A DNA stretch of 64,000 nucleotides from Octopus sinensis (lineage: Eukaryota). The first letter of the stretch is position 1, and every line of letters begins with the position of its first letter. The stretch spans positions 101,742,001 through 101,806,000 of the forward strand of contig NC_043002.1 in the NCBI RefSeq assembly GCF_006345805.1, in the 5' to 3' direction. This document shows, piece after piece, positions 14,716 to 28,095 of this stretch. The notes beneath the pieces were generated by a model that saw only the letters and a program-made list of their open reading frames with translations, made no database searches and was not told the origin of the DNA. The position numbers were made by a program, and so were the translations under genes.

Positions 14716-15058
14716 GGTTATCCGTAATAATGAAGGGTGAAATTAATTAATTGGAATAATTATCAATTACACCAAGTAGTCTTCGGCATGTAAAAGCCTC
14801 ATTTGAGGAAAATTTAAGTAATACTAAGCAATAAGGGTTCAGCAACGAATTGCCTTACCACATACCGAATTAGAAATAGCAGTCAAAGGGTTATAGCTAT
14901 TTCTTCTACTAAAAAGGGAGATCTCAGTAAAAACAGCAATTGCTGTTTTTACTGAGATCTCCCTTTTTAGTAGAAGAATAGCTATAACCCTTTGACTGCT
15001 ATTTCTAAATTCGGTATGTGGTAAGGCAATTCGTTGCTGAACCCTTATTGCTTAGTAT
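14709..15058. repeat. Short repeat element with a zero-spacer inverted duplication (119-bp arms)
   Basis: 14821-14939 and 14940-15058 are reverse complements with two 1-nt indels; centre CAGCAA|TTGCTG. Flanked by (TA)n on both sides. Confidence 0.9.
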
Positions 15059-15439
15059 ATATATATATATATATAGATATAGATATATATATATATCTTC
15101 TTACATACCAGCAAAAAGCTAAGCATGTTACATATCCTGCTTTAACAACATTAGCAAGAATAATAGCCTCTTCCAGAGCAGTTATGTGGCATAAGAACAC
15201 ACACACACACACACACACACACGTACACACGCGCGTGCGCTTGTAAAGAGCTACACGCAAGCGCACATCTACAACAGACGTTGCCTAAACATCTATCTCG
15301 TCCAAGCAACCACAAACCCGGCTTCAATTCTGCAAAGGTAAAAATGAATATTAAAATACATACACATTCATACATACTTACATACATACATACCTACCTA
15401 CCTACCTACCTACATACATACATACATACATACATACAT

Positions 15440-16240
15440 AGGTTCGCTGGAACGTTAGCATAAAGCGAAGTTCTCCTGGACTCCTGATTGCTATATCACA
15501 TCTCACTTCGAAGGCTATGCATTTGCAGTCCAAGAACAGTAGATTGGTAGTCAATACCTGATCAACAAAGGAGGGGGTGAAGCCCTTGGAGTTCCAAGAT
15601 GTAACCGTAAATGTAGATTGTGTCATATATTTGTGGAAGACATCACTCATGTGAATAGTAGCTGCCCCAAAATGCCATCAAGGTACTACTTTCCTATGCG
15701 ACATGACGCAGTCACAAAAACAATACATGATGCTATTCGGAAAAAATACTGTCCTGGAATTAATATCGAGATCTCCTTTGTTATTGAATATGTACACCAA
15801 AATCAGCACAAGAAATACTGGTGGAATATTCCCATCAAAACATCAGTCAGGTTTCAACACAACAGGCCGGATATTGTTGCTTGGGAGAGACAAGAACATG
15901 TATGTATCTTCATAGAGACCAGCTGTTTTGCTGATGTGAATATCGCTTTGAAAATCAAAGAGGAAAAAAGATAACCATGTACAACTGCTTCGAAAACTCC
16001 AGCTTCTATATCTAGATTACGAATTTACATTTATACCATTAAAACAATATGGGTATTTGGCTTTGGCCTAACTATCAGTTTCGGTAAGTTTGGATTTTCA
16101 GAAATATAACCTGAAAATGGAGAAGTAAAACTATGCAAGACGTTCCTCAGGTTTAAAATGTGACATTGTTTACGTTTTCTACATTCTAACGACGGAGCTT
16201 TGAATCTTTGTTAGAAACCAGCTCCTTCTGGGGAAGAATT
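15440..16240 (+). mobile_element. Dong/R4-clade non-LTR retrotransposon 3' remnant (CCHC plus restriction-like endonuclease)
   Basis: FEGYAFAVQEQ*I..., CRLCHIFVEDITHVNSSC, RHDAV, NRPDIV, IETSC...EEK motifs, with stops and a frameshift. Confidence 0.85.
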
Positions 16241-18119
16241 TAAATGATTAAATACAAGCGGCCACACATATGCATTTATAAATAGATAGATTGTTGGATA
16301 GATAAGATAAATAGATAGATAAATCGGTAGATGTAAATATGCATGTATACTTACTGAAAGGCACACACACGTATGTATTATCACTAAAACACGAATTTAT
16401 TATGAATCTAATGAAAATGAGTTGAAATTTCGAAGTCACTGTCACCTTGCACCTTGTAAATATCAATTACTATGTTCTCTACTAAAATGTACCGGGGAAT
16501 ATTTTTCAGGTTCATGCTAGATTGTTTTTATACATAATTTAACATAATTGTTATGTTACGTATGCTGGTGTTGAGATTGTCTTCCATCTTGAGTAATATA
16601 ATAGTTGCATCCCCAGCTAATATTTTACTCTTGTTTATTCGCCGCATAGAGACGAACATTTTCAGTTTGAACTGAAAGGATTCAAAGACCCATCACCACA
16701 CCACCATTGGTAGTAAATCACTTAAAGCCAACTCTAAGTGAATTAAGACACATTAACTTTCAACGCTCTAATACGGTTCGAACGCATTATCACCTGAATT
16801 ATGCTATAATATTTCTTTATCACCTTAAGCTCTACTGAAATCAATACGAAACTTGCTTTTCTCCCTTAATGACGATAGATTGATTAATTAACAGGCATCA
16901 ACAACCGCAATACTAGTTTGAAATATAATTTACGAAGCCACATCTGAAAGTTAGTTAACAGTTGAATAAATGATTTTCTCTTCAGGCAATGTGGAATTGA
17001 CAATGTCAATTGCTAAATCTCTTTAGTGAGATTAACAAATTCTCCCCATTTTGCCATAATTTGATGTGAGTGTTGCTAATTCCTTTCACGTTGTCACTTT
17101 ATTAGCTTCTCGTTAATTATTATTGAACATTTGTTAACTTTCTACTTAAAATTAAATTCCAACATTTTATCAACTTAATAGACTTTTCTTTACGTCCAAC
17201 AATCTTGAAAACAAGTCTGATGAAATTCTTTATCATTCTGTTACAGGAATTTTACATATTGCTATTCAATCCACTGGAGCGAATATTTGCTTACACGCAC
17301 AAATAAGCAAACCTATATACAAACAGGACAAACTAGAACACACATGCGTACACACGCACATTCGCAGACACACAAAACATGTGCAATTCATATTACACAT
17401 TGCATGTAGCGAGATAAAATAACAATAGTGGAATTCCTCAGTTTTGAATGAGTAAACACCATCTTTTGCTGTATGTATTAATTTTCCTCTCATTTGTACA
17501 CTTAAGTGCGTATGTGTATGCAAGATTGACACATCCCGAACAGGTGAAGATGGTTTTAATAAATCAAGTCTTTAGGGTTGTGTGGTACTCCGTATACTTG
17601 TACTAATCTAAGTTGTTCCAATACATTTCACTGGTCACTCTCTGTTTTCTCTTGGCACATTCTTTGCAAAGGCTCCGAGTGATGTACTTCTGATAATTAT
17701 CACGTTCGCGTGATCGGATTCTAGAATTTCATTTTAGTTGTGGACGAGACACATACGTGTTTAAACTGTATACTTCTCTTCAAGTGTCCCGCTATTACTT
17801 TCCCGGAGGTTTTAAGGAAGAATTTAGGGTTGTATTGAGATTTTACTTATTTCTACAATATTGAAAGTAATTACATGGGACCTGGATTGCACAAGTTCAA
17901 ACACTTATTTTTTTTTATTTTAGCAATATTTACATAAATTCAGGTTAACACACACACCACACACACACACACACCACACACACACACACACACACATACA
18001 CAAAGGGACAGCAATAACGAAGACTTGGAAAGTAATACAGTAACATTAAATATCGCTGACATAACATATTTTAGGGAATTGCAAAATGAAGGCAAAGTTC
18101 AAAAACGCTGATCCAAATA

Positions 18120-18320
18120 TTGGTTTCAATTTTCAGTAGAAGCCCAGCAATATCCGAGGAGAAGTGAATCGATTCTATCGACCCCAGAGATCAAGTGGTA
18201 CTTGTTTTATCGGTGGATGACACGTAAAATCAGCCTCAACGAAATTTCAACTCAGAACGAAAAGACGGACGATATGCCGCTAAGCATTTTGCCGGAGTGC
18301 TAACGATTCTGCCTGCTAAG
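18120..18320 (-). mobile_element. Diverged SINE, head family 3
   Basis: ATCGACCCCAG...GGTACTTG...AATTTCAACTCAGAACG...CCGCTAAGCATTTTGCCGGAGTGCTAACGATTCTGCC pattern. Confidence 0.65.
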
Positions 18321-20143
18321 ATGATCCAAATATTAAAAATAAAGTCAAATGCCCATTGATATAGCATAACAGGAGATATGAAATATTATACAGTTACAGT
18401 CTGAAAGACTGAAAATTCTTTAGGAAAACTCTCGTGTTGGAAAATACCCTGTCTAAAACTCTGTCAAGCCAAGTCAAACAGATTTAACAAGCATGTTGGA
18501 ATAGTTTACTCCTGGGTTATATTCATACGTATCGCACTTCTTCGTACTCTGTAGTAGTTTGGTTTCATAAAATCGATATTTGGAGATTTTTCTTATATTT
18601 AGACACATGAGCCCTGTAGCATATATATATATATATATATTTTAATATATATCAAATGAAAAGAATCACATTTCATTTTGTTTTTGCCTCAGGACGGTCA
18701 TCATGCCAATAATAAACACACGCACTGTTCTCTTTTATTTATCTCATTACAATTAGTCCAGTACTTAATCATTTAACCAATTAGCTAATCGATTTTATTA
18801 ATCGTTGGGTGAATCACTCACTCAGATTAGTTTGTCAAAGCCGTTGCCTTGTTATTCGTGACATCATCAATGACATGTCTTCTCTATTCTTGCTCTGCTT
18901 CAGCTTCCTCTGACCATCTGTCTCACAGTGTCCTGTCATTTCATTTATATTTACATCAATGTGAGTAAAAATGTGTGAGAGAGGGAGAGAATGACAAGAT
19001 CTAGGGAATGGGTTTTCAATACGAATGGACATAGGCGAGTCGATGTAATACCGAACATAGAAGAAACGTTCTAGAACACACACACTTATCTAAGTTGCTC
19101 TGGACTTTCTTTTAGGAAGGTTCTTGAAACTATGAGCTTTCGACTACATTTCGGTGCAATATATAAAATAGATAATTTGAAATAGTTTTGAGAAAGGAAA
19201 CAAGATTATTTATTTCGCTCCCTGGAATCATATTCTTACCGTACGATGCTATACGTGATTCGTAGTATATCATCGTGACCAATATATTGTATAATAAATT
19301 ATCGTCTTTCTCAGTATCTCACAGCAGCAATTTTATACACATAAATATTACTACCACCGCTTTCCTAATACGAACAACATATATTCCAAATGTAAACGCA
19401 ATAAGCTAGTTTTCTTTCCCTTCAGCCTTTTAAGAAGCTCTAGCTATGCTTTCGATAACAATCTCGCGATTTTTCTAAGTCAACTGGTTATTTTCATCAC
19501 AATTGACTGTTGCTCAAATTTAAACTTAGGTTACAACAGATATTCAACATAAAGCTAGCTTCACAGATATTATCAGCTGCGATCTAATTCGAACCGGTTC
19601 TTTCCCGACGCCAAATAACAACCGCTTGCATTGAAAAATTTATAGTTTTCAAAATATTATATTTGGTTTCACTTTAATTGAATTTTGTATCTGAAATTCT
19701 AGGTGACCTAACCGTTATCTCCATCAGTAAATTACATTTCACTTGAGATAGATAAGTAAAACATTTAACCCCGTTAACAACTAATCACGCAAAACAGGAG
19801 AAAAAGACTGGAATAGAATAAAACAGAAAATTATTATAGAAAATGATGTTTGGTGTTGAGTTGCAATATAGGGGGAAAACAACTGACTGAATCAGTATAT
19901 TGTAGACTTCTAGAGCAAAGTACTGCGGCCTCTTGTCATCTATGTACAAAACAATTCTTGTGTCTCTGGTCATTAGAAACATCGAAGAGGCACATTGTAT
20001 GTATGCATGTATGTATGTGTGTATGTATGTATGTATGTATGTATGTATGTATGTATGTATGCTTGTATGTATGCCCGTATCTATGCATATATGCATACAT
20101 GTATTTAAGTATGTAGGTATGTATGCATATATGAATGTGTTTA

Positions 20144-20177
<34 letters not shown>

Positions 20178-20259
20178 ATTATATATGTATGTATATCATA
20201 TATGTACATTTATAAGTAAACGTGTGTGTAGGTTTGTGCTTGTACGTACATACATAAAT

Positions 20260-20429
20260 ACGTATATATATATATATACATAAGTATATATATATATATA
20301 TATACGTATATAGGTATACATACATATATATATATATATATACGTATATAGGTATACATACATATATATACATAAGTATAGGTATACATACATTATATAC
20401 ATAAGTAAAGGTATACATACATATATATA

Positions 20430-20473
<44 letters not shown>

Positions 20474-20483
20474 GTATATAGGT

Positions 20484-20514
<31 letters not shown>

Positions 20515-20515
20515 C
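20260..20515. repeat. TA-derived minisatellite (variable unit containing TACGTATATAGGTATACATAC)
   Basis: About 4-5 recurrences of the unit separated by variable (TA)n. Confidence 0.8.
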
Positions 20516-21002
20516 ACCTACACATATATATCACCAACGAGCTTCTACATAATTCAATCTGCCATCTTCTCTCACAAGAGTTCCCTACATCGCTAAGACA
20601 TGAAGTGAGAATTCTATGACCTCAAGGTCAACAATCTAGAGAATCGGTAAGTTGTAATTTCACCAAAATTGTAAAACTACATTAAACGACGTTTTGCCTC
20701 TTTCGGTTGTATTCTGCTCAGATTGTTTTTCATGAAGGTTACATCTTGGACATCAGTAATGAAATATATGATGAACTAGAAACGATGTGAGTTCAAGAAA
20801 ATTCGATACAAAATTTAATTAGCATTTTACAGTGAAAGAAAATATAATATTTTGGAAGCGTTATGTTATGAACCAGATACTGTTATTTATTGGAGTCAGT
20901 AAGGAAATCAACTATTTCGAAATAAGATCCTTTCTAATATCTGATATACTCGGGTTATATGGATTATGTGGCGGGACCTTTGTTTGAAGTGGGTTTTCTG
21001 TA

Positions 21003-21076
21003 CACATAGGACTCGAACCCACACCTCTTATATTCGCTATAAGTGAGCAAACGTTATACCAAATTACCCACTCAGT
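21003..21076 (-). pseudogene. Degenerate tRNA-like sequence (SINE head or tRNA pseudogene)
   Basis: T-arm GTGGG-TTCGAGT-CCTAT and anticodon-like stem TTTGCT/AGCGAA. No intact acceptor stem. Confidence 0.35.
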
Positions 21077-21180
21077 TCTTGCCGTTAGATTTAAGAACTA
21101 TAATTTCATAGTGTTGTTTTTTAAACAAATAAGCATAAAAGTTTTCTACGACGAATTGAGCAGTGGTGGCGACTGACAAT

Positions 21181-21410
21181 TCTGTGAATAATAATATTTT
21201 ATAAGCTTCGAGATAATAAGCGATCACCGAGTATTGGTTCGAGAAAATAGTCTAACATCGGGGCATATAAGCCGTCGAAGGAAAAAAGTGAACTCACTTT
21301 ATTTCCGTTGTCGGCTTATATTCCCCAATATTAGACTATTTTCTTGAGTCAACATAGTGTGATCGCTTATAAGCTTTAAGCCAATAAAATATTTTTATAT
21401 TATTTACAGA
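21181..21410. mobile_element. Degenerate foldback/MITE-like palindrome
   Basis: Arms ATAAGCGATCAC...AAAGTGA and TCACTTT...GTGATCGCTTAT are clearly related but carry many substitutions; centre near 21291. Confidence 0.75.
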
Positions 21411-22265
21411 ATGTGTGTGTGTAAATACGCATCTAGCATTCTCACCAAAACTGCTGGGAATTTTCGACTGCTACCGTTATAATGATTGTAAACACAGTAT
21501 GTCCATGATACACAGGTTGCTGTTTTAAACTCTTACTTCTGTTGCACATAACAGGCACAGACTTGCACACACATATGTATGTGTGCGAGTGTATATCTAT
21601 TCATATATATATAATAGACACACGCACACTAACACACACACACACACACACACATATACATATAAGGTTGAAAAGTAGCACACGAGTTGATATGCATCAG
21701 GAAAATAAGACAAGGTACAAAATTATAAAGTAATAACTTTAGCACCGGTTTCAGTCTTTTCGATTTTTCAACTTAAAATGAAACAAGAAAAACAATTGAA
21801 TTGTGGAAAAATTAAATGAAATGTTTTTATTTAGATACTTCCTTGGCCTTCAAAAATGGGTAAAACGTTTTCCTCTTTTCTGTCTGCCTGTCTGTCTGTC
21901 TCTTTTACATTTCTGAAGGCTCAGTAGGTAGTAGCAGATCTGAATAAATAGTTAACATGAAGGATGTTGATACTGGACGACGACGACGACGAAGAAGAAT
22001 AATAAAAGAAGAATAATAATAAGAAGAAGACGAAGAAGGAAAAGAAGAGAAAGTAGCAGAAAAAGACAGGCGTGTTATAGCAGTAGTAGACTGAGGGCAG
22101 AGTCTTCTTAAATGGTCAAGTGACCTGAAAGTGCCCCTGTTGTGGTTATAACACCAGTGACTGGATTTGTTCTGAAAAATTCATGGGTAGAGACTGTTCT
22201 GAATATAAAATTATTTTAGCATTTTCTATCTTGTCTTATTTTCTTTATATATATATATATATATA

Positions 22266-22631
22266 TCTATATATAAACGGCAGTTTGTCTGTGTGTGTTT
22301 CTGTGTGTCTGTTAGGTTGTACCCTCACCCTGACCACGGCTTTCAACCGATTCTGATGAAACTTGACACACACATAGCCCAATGTCATAATTCAAAACTA
22401 ACGCAGCGAAAATTTTGAAAAGTTCCCCCAGTTCTGAAAAAAATCGATAAATTCGACATGGGGTCGAGAATCAGAAACACAAACCACAGACTGTCTAGGG
22501 GACGCAACTCGACCTTTTTAACTAAAAAAAATTTACCATAATTTTTTTTCCATTTTTTTGCTATAACTCTCTAAAAATGCTTTATAGTTATTTCCCTTAC
22601 AAACCCGAGCAACGCCGGGCGATACTGCTAG
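22266..22631 (+). mobile_element. Non-autonomous Helitron-like element, copy 2
   Basis: A|TC...CCCGAGCAACGCCGGGCGATACTGCTAG|T, inserted in (TA)n. Confidence 0.8.
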
Positions 22632-22644
22632 TATATATATATAC

Positions 22645-22825
22645 GAAGGGGTTTTTTCATTATCTGTCTTCCAAATATTCTACTAAATTCACTCACAATG
22701 TTTTGCACTACCTCCATAGGCTATTGTAGAGTACATCTGGCCAAAGAGCTATGCAGTGGGACTGAAACCGGTACATAGTATTTGGGAAACAAACCACTTA
22801 ACAAACAGCCATTCCTACACCTTTC
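22645..22825 (-). mobile_element. Diverged SINE head, family 2
   Basis: GCAGTGGGACTGAAACCGG...ACAAACAGCCATTCCTACACC resembles the family-2 head. Confidence 0.55.
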
Positions 22826-23308
22826 AATACATAAATGAATATACACCAACAGCACAAACACATACGTATATATGTATGCATACACACACGTCGATATATA
22901 TAAAGTATATGCATGTATAGTCTCATATATATATATATAGATATACACACACACACATACATGCGCTCACATATATATTATAAGTATGTCCAGAGATGAT
23001 AATATTGTGAGACCGACTTGAGAATATTAATCGAACGTAAGAATTGCCGTATTTCTTAACAATTGCATCGTCTCTTTCTTCTCTTTCTTACACTGGTATA
23101 AAAATTAATTATATGCATTGATAATTTATTGCATGGGAAATTTATTGCGTCATTCTGCTAAGAGATTCTATAAATTTATAATTTTAATTGTATACAAACA
23201 TTTTTGAAAGTTTTTAGTAAAATACTGTTCTGCGCCATGATGTCCTTATATATTGGTATCGAATTTTGAACATAAATTATCCGGGCGACCATTTCGTATA
23301 TTTGCGCA

Positions 23309-23352
<44 letters not shown>

Positions 23353-23450
23353 TGAGTTTGTGTGTATTTTTCTATACATATATCAGTCACGTATTAACTT
23401 TCACCAAATGATATATATATGTATGTGTGTGAATGTGTGTATTTATAGTT

Positions 23451-23488
<38 letters not shown>

Positions 23489-23739
23489 AACACATATATA
23501 TGTACGTACACACTTGCACATATATATGCATATATACACACATAAGCATACAGGAATATACATGTGTATACATATGCATACATATATAAAAATATAGTCA
23601 CTCTCACACGTATATATCCACAATCGAACCAGTATAACGAGGTACGAATGTAGTCTCTCACTCTGAATACTTTTAGGAATGCATATATATGACCATACAT
23701 ACTTGCGCACAGAAACCGATACATATATCCATGCATACG

Positions 23740-23773
23740 TATATATATATATATATATATAATATATATGTAT

Positions 23774-23824
<51 letters not shown>

Positions 23825-23884
23825 ATATATGTACATACATACAAATATATATATATATATGTATATATATGTACATACATACAA

Positions 23885-23917
<33 letters not shown>

Positions 23918-23924
23918 CATACAT

Positions 23925-23961
<37 letters not shown>

Positions 23962-24409
23962 CAAATATATATTATATACATATATATATACATATATATA
24001 TATACATACATATATATGTATATACATACATACATAATATATGTATATACATACATATATATATGTATATACATACATATATATATATATATGTATATAC
24101 ATACATATATATATGTATATACATATATATATATATGTATATACATACATATATATATGTATATACGTATATATATATGTATATACATACATATATATAT
24201 GTATATACATATATATATGTATATACATATATACATATATATAAGTATATACATACATATATATAAGTATATACATACATATATATATATATATACATAC
24301 ATACATATATATATATATATACATACATATATATATATACATATATATATATATTGTATATACATACATAATATATATGTATATACATACTATATATATA
24401 TATATGTAC

Positions 24410-24452
<43 letters not shown>

Positions 24453-24507
24453 CATACATATATATATATTATTATGTATACATATATATATATGTATATA
24501 ATACATC

Positions 24508-24542
<35 letters not shown>

Positions 24543-24560
24543 TATATCACATACAAAGAT
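23740..24560. repeat. Long compound (TA)n/(TACA)n/(TATG)n array
   Basis: Composed almost only of TA with interspersed CA/TG; the source of the 230-336 aa spurious ORFs. Confidence 0.95.
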
Positions 24561-25079
24561 AAATATACATACACACATACGAGGTCATAATTCCATCGCA
24601 TGTGGGTTTGTTTAAACGCTACAAATAAATCTGAAAAATTTGTTAATATATTGCTTAAGTGTAAAAGTAATAGAAGCATATTTCAAGCTGAAACGGTTCT
24701 GGTGATTTTCTTTTCAATCTCCCTCTATTGTAACTTTTCCCAATACATTCAAGATATTGTCTTTAACATTTTAAATGAAATAATTTCAGAACACTTATGA
24801 AATATTGTATTTTAATTACGTCGCCATATTGTCTAAACGGATGGTAAAATGCTTTTTAAATGACGTCTCAAAAATCTGTTCCATTTTATGTGATATAGTA
24901 AGTTCTATTTTAGTTGAAGAAATTATAAAGAAAGCCAGAACAGTGATTTTGAATTTATAACTTCGCTTCATGTCTTTCTTCTTTATATCTCTTTTCTTTT
25001 TCTTACAGAAACCCTTTAGATTTTCATTCAAAAATGGAAATAGATATAAGCATGTTGGTGTATTTGTGTATACATATAC

Positions 25080-25540
25080 ACGTACGTACGCATACAACCA
25101 AATATGGACACACATATGATTTATATATGTATATACATACACACACAAATATATATACATATACATAGATACATATACATAGATACATGGATATACATAC
25201 ATATACATATATGTTTATATACATGTGTTCGTATATATATATATATGTGTATATATGTGTGTGTATATATGTGTGTATATATATGTGTGTATATATGTGT
25301 GTATATATATGTGTGTATATATGTGTGTATATATATGTGTATATACATATATGTGTATATATATGTGTATATATATATGTGTATATATATGTGTATATAT
25401 ATATATGTGTATATATATGTGTATATATATATGTATGTATATATATATGTATATGTATATTTGTGTATATATATATGTATATGTATATATGTGTATATAT
25501 ATATGTATATATGTGTGTGTGTATATATGTATGCATATAT
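25080..25540. repeat. (TA)n(TG)n minisatellite array
   Basis: Repeated TATATATGTGTG-type units. Confidence 0.9.
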
Positions 25541-25939
25541 AATACACTGTTCTCTTCCCATTTCCCATTTGTCAAATGATCTCACCACTAAAAACATATT
25601 AATCATGTTGTATGTTTGAATATCCTTCCAACAACTTTAGTAGAGCAACGAAGAAAATAAGCAAAACACAAATTAATAATATAGTACCACAAATATATAG
25701 AAATAAAGAAATACTGCCTCGCATAATATTTACTGTAATTCGTATTGTATATTTGTACATTTATTGAACTCTATCTTATACAAAAATCACACACGCACAC
25801 ACACACAGATACACACACAAACACACTTGTACACACGATCCCACACATACATATACAAACACCCACCACACGTACATACTTACTCGCAAGGACACCACAA
25901 CTCTACACCCAGATTAATTTTTCACATAAAAATCGATAT

Positions 25940-25980
<41 letters not shown>

Positions 25981-26170
25981 TGCAGAAACCTACACTTATA
26001 TGCAGGCAAGCATCAGACGCTTAACACACGCTCAGAAACATACGTAACATACACACACACACACACACACACACACGCATAGAGAGAGAGAGAGGGGGGA
26101 GAGCGAACGAGAGAGAGAGGGGGGAGAGCGAACGAGAGAGAGAGGGGGAGAGCGAGAGAGAGCGAGAGAG

Positions 26171-26227
<57 letters not shown>

Positions 26228-27055
26228 CACATTTTTTTCAACACGGGTAGAAATATAGAAAGAGAGGGTGAAGATGCACTGAAGTTCGGTTAGATATTTC
26301 ATTGTTAAATTTTGAAAGACTTAAGCGGTTTTACGCATTTCTTTGGTTTTCAAAAATAGAGAAAGACATGGAGCTATGTTGCAACTGCCTTGCTTCTGGT
26401 TGGAATTGAAAAATTCTTAATTTTATACAGACAAAATGACTGAAATTAGTACCTTTTTGGATACATTTTGATTGGTCGAGGACGATCAAGTGTTCAAGTT
26501 TCAGAAAATTTGGGACGTTCTCCGTAACGTTCGTTCATTAGTGTTATATGACAATCCTCTTGGCATCGTTAGTTAAAACAGTCACGGCTGTCTGAACATG
26601 TTTAGTGACAATCTCTAGCAATCTAAATTTAACTCTACGTTTCAGTGTTGTCTCTCAAACGTAGAAGAGAACGTTTATTTAGGCTCCCCACTACTCCCCT
26701 ACCTTAATATGTGACTACATGTTTTGCGCTGAAATCAAGGTTCGCTCTGTTGAATGAATATGTATAGTGACAATCCCAAAATAAACTTCTCTATATTGAA
26801 TCTGTCGATTGGTAGACGGTACAGGGCGTGTTTCAATGTAGCCTAGTTGTTGAATAGTTATGGCTTGTGTTTATGTACGCAGGCATCAAATTTAGCTATC
26901 AAATATCTTTTTTCCAATCATTCAACAGTTATGTATATGTAGAATTCGCCAGTTAGATTGTATATACAAAGTTTAGGTTGTTAAGCTGTATAAATTCAAT
27001 AAGTCCAGCAGTAGACTGATTTTGTGTGTGAATAGTTATTCGTAAATGTAGTTTG

Positions 27056-27780
27056 TTAAAGTTTATTTAATCTTGCTTTGTACGTTTCTATGAATGAATT
27101 TTCTTTGCTTATCCTTGCTTGGTCTGTGGTATTGAATAAACAGAGGCAAAGCGGAAAGCCTTGGCTCTTAGAAGACATATGTTTTGCACATATGTCTATT
27201 TGTTCACTAATTAGTAAATCCCTCCTACTGGGGACTCGCATTTGTTGTCTCTATAATTAGTAAGTTTATTTCTAAGAGTGAGTTTTGTTTGACCTATGGA
27301 ATCATAGTTGCATCCTTCACAGTTAATAGCGTGTACTAAATCTTTTGACGAACAGGTAGATGTAGATCGCACAATTGCGGGCGGCCACACTATTTGGCTG
27401 GTGGTATGGTGTTTGTGGAGGGTAGGTTAGCACTGGTGAGCAGTTTCTTGGCGGATCTTGACGGTCTTTTGCTTTTAATTATTTCTTATGTTTCGAGTGA
27501 TTTTTTTCATTCTTGGCTCTTGTCTCGGGAGTGGAATGTTCTGGTGGATAATGTTGTAGAGCTTTGTGTTTTGGGGGTTGTGTGTTGTAATACAGAGTAG
27601 AGTATTGTGTGAATCTGAAGTGTTTTACTTTTGTTTTTCCCAGTTCTTGAATATCTATTGAATTAGCACACTTTATTTCGATGTCAATTAACATTGACGG
27701 ATATTTTCTCTCGAGTAGTTGTTGTTTTAATTCCCGAGTCTTTTAATGAGTATTTAATGTGTCTTTTAATGTGTCGGTAA
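27056..27780 (-). mobile_element. Penelope-like (Neptune-type) remnant: RT thumb, linker and GIY-YIG
   Basis: Minus-strand LIDIEIKCANSIDIQEL, linker CGRP-NCAI, TCSSKDLVHAINCEGCNYDSIGQTKLTLRN, C-terminal KENSFIETYKARLN; frameshifts. Confidence 0.75.
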
Positions 27781-27837
27781 ATGAGAGTGTTCTGTTTTGT
27801 CATCATTATTGAAATTTAGAAATTTAGTGACTGTTTA

Positions 27838-27914
<77 letters not shown>

Positions 27915-28064
27915 ATTAAGTTTGAAATCTGAGAGATATAATCTTGCATTTTAAAATGCCTTGGCCGGAAAGTAATGAAGGTGTACAAAAGGACAATACA
28001 AGGATTACATTATGATCCGTTGGAATACTCCAATATACTCAGAATATATAAACATATTTATTAT

Positions 28065-28094
<30 letters not shown>

Positions 28095-28095
<1 letters not shown>

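Noticed and set aside
14760-14815. CUCAAAUGA-GGC...GCC-GAAGAC (minus), HHR-like
   Set aside because: Both core strands deviate and stems I and III are not evident.
23449-25619. Long ORFs of 130-336 aa
   Set aside because: They are translations of (TA)/(CA)/(TG) arrays (Y/I/H/T/C/V/M only), which lack stop codons in these frames.
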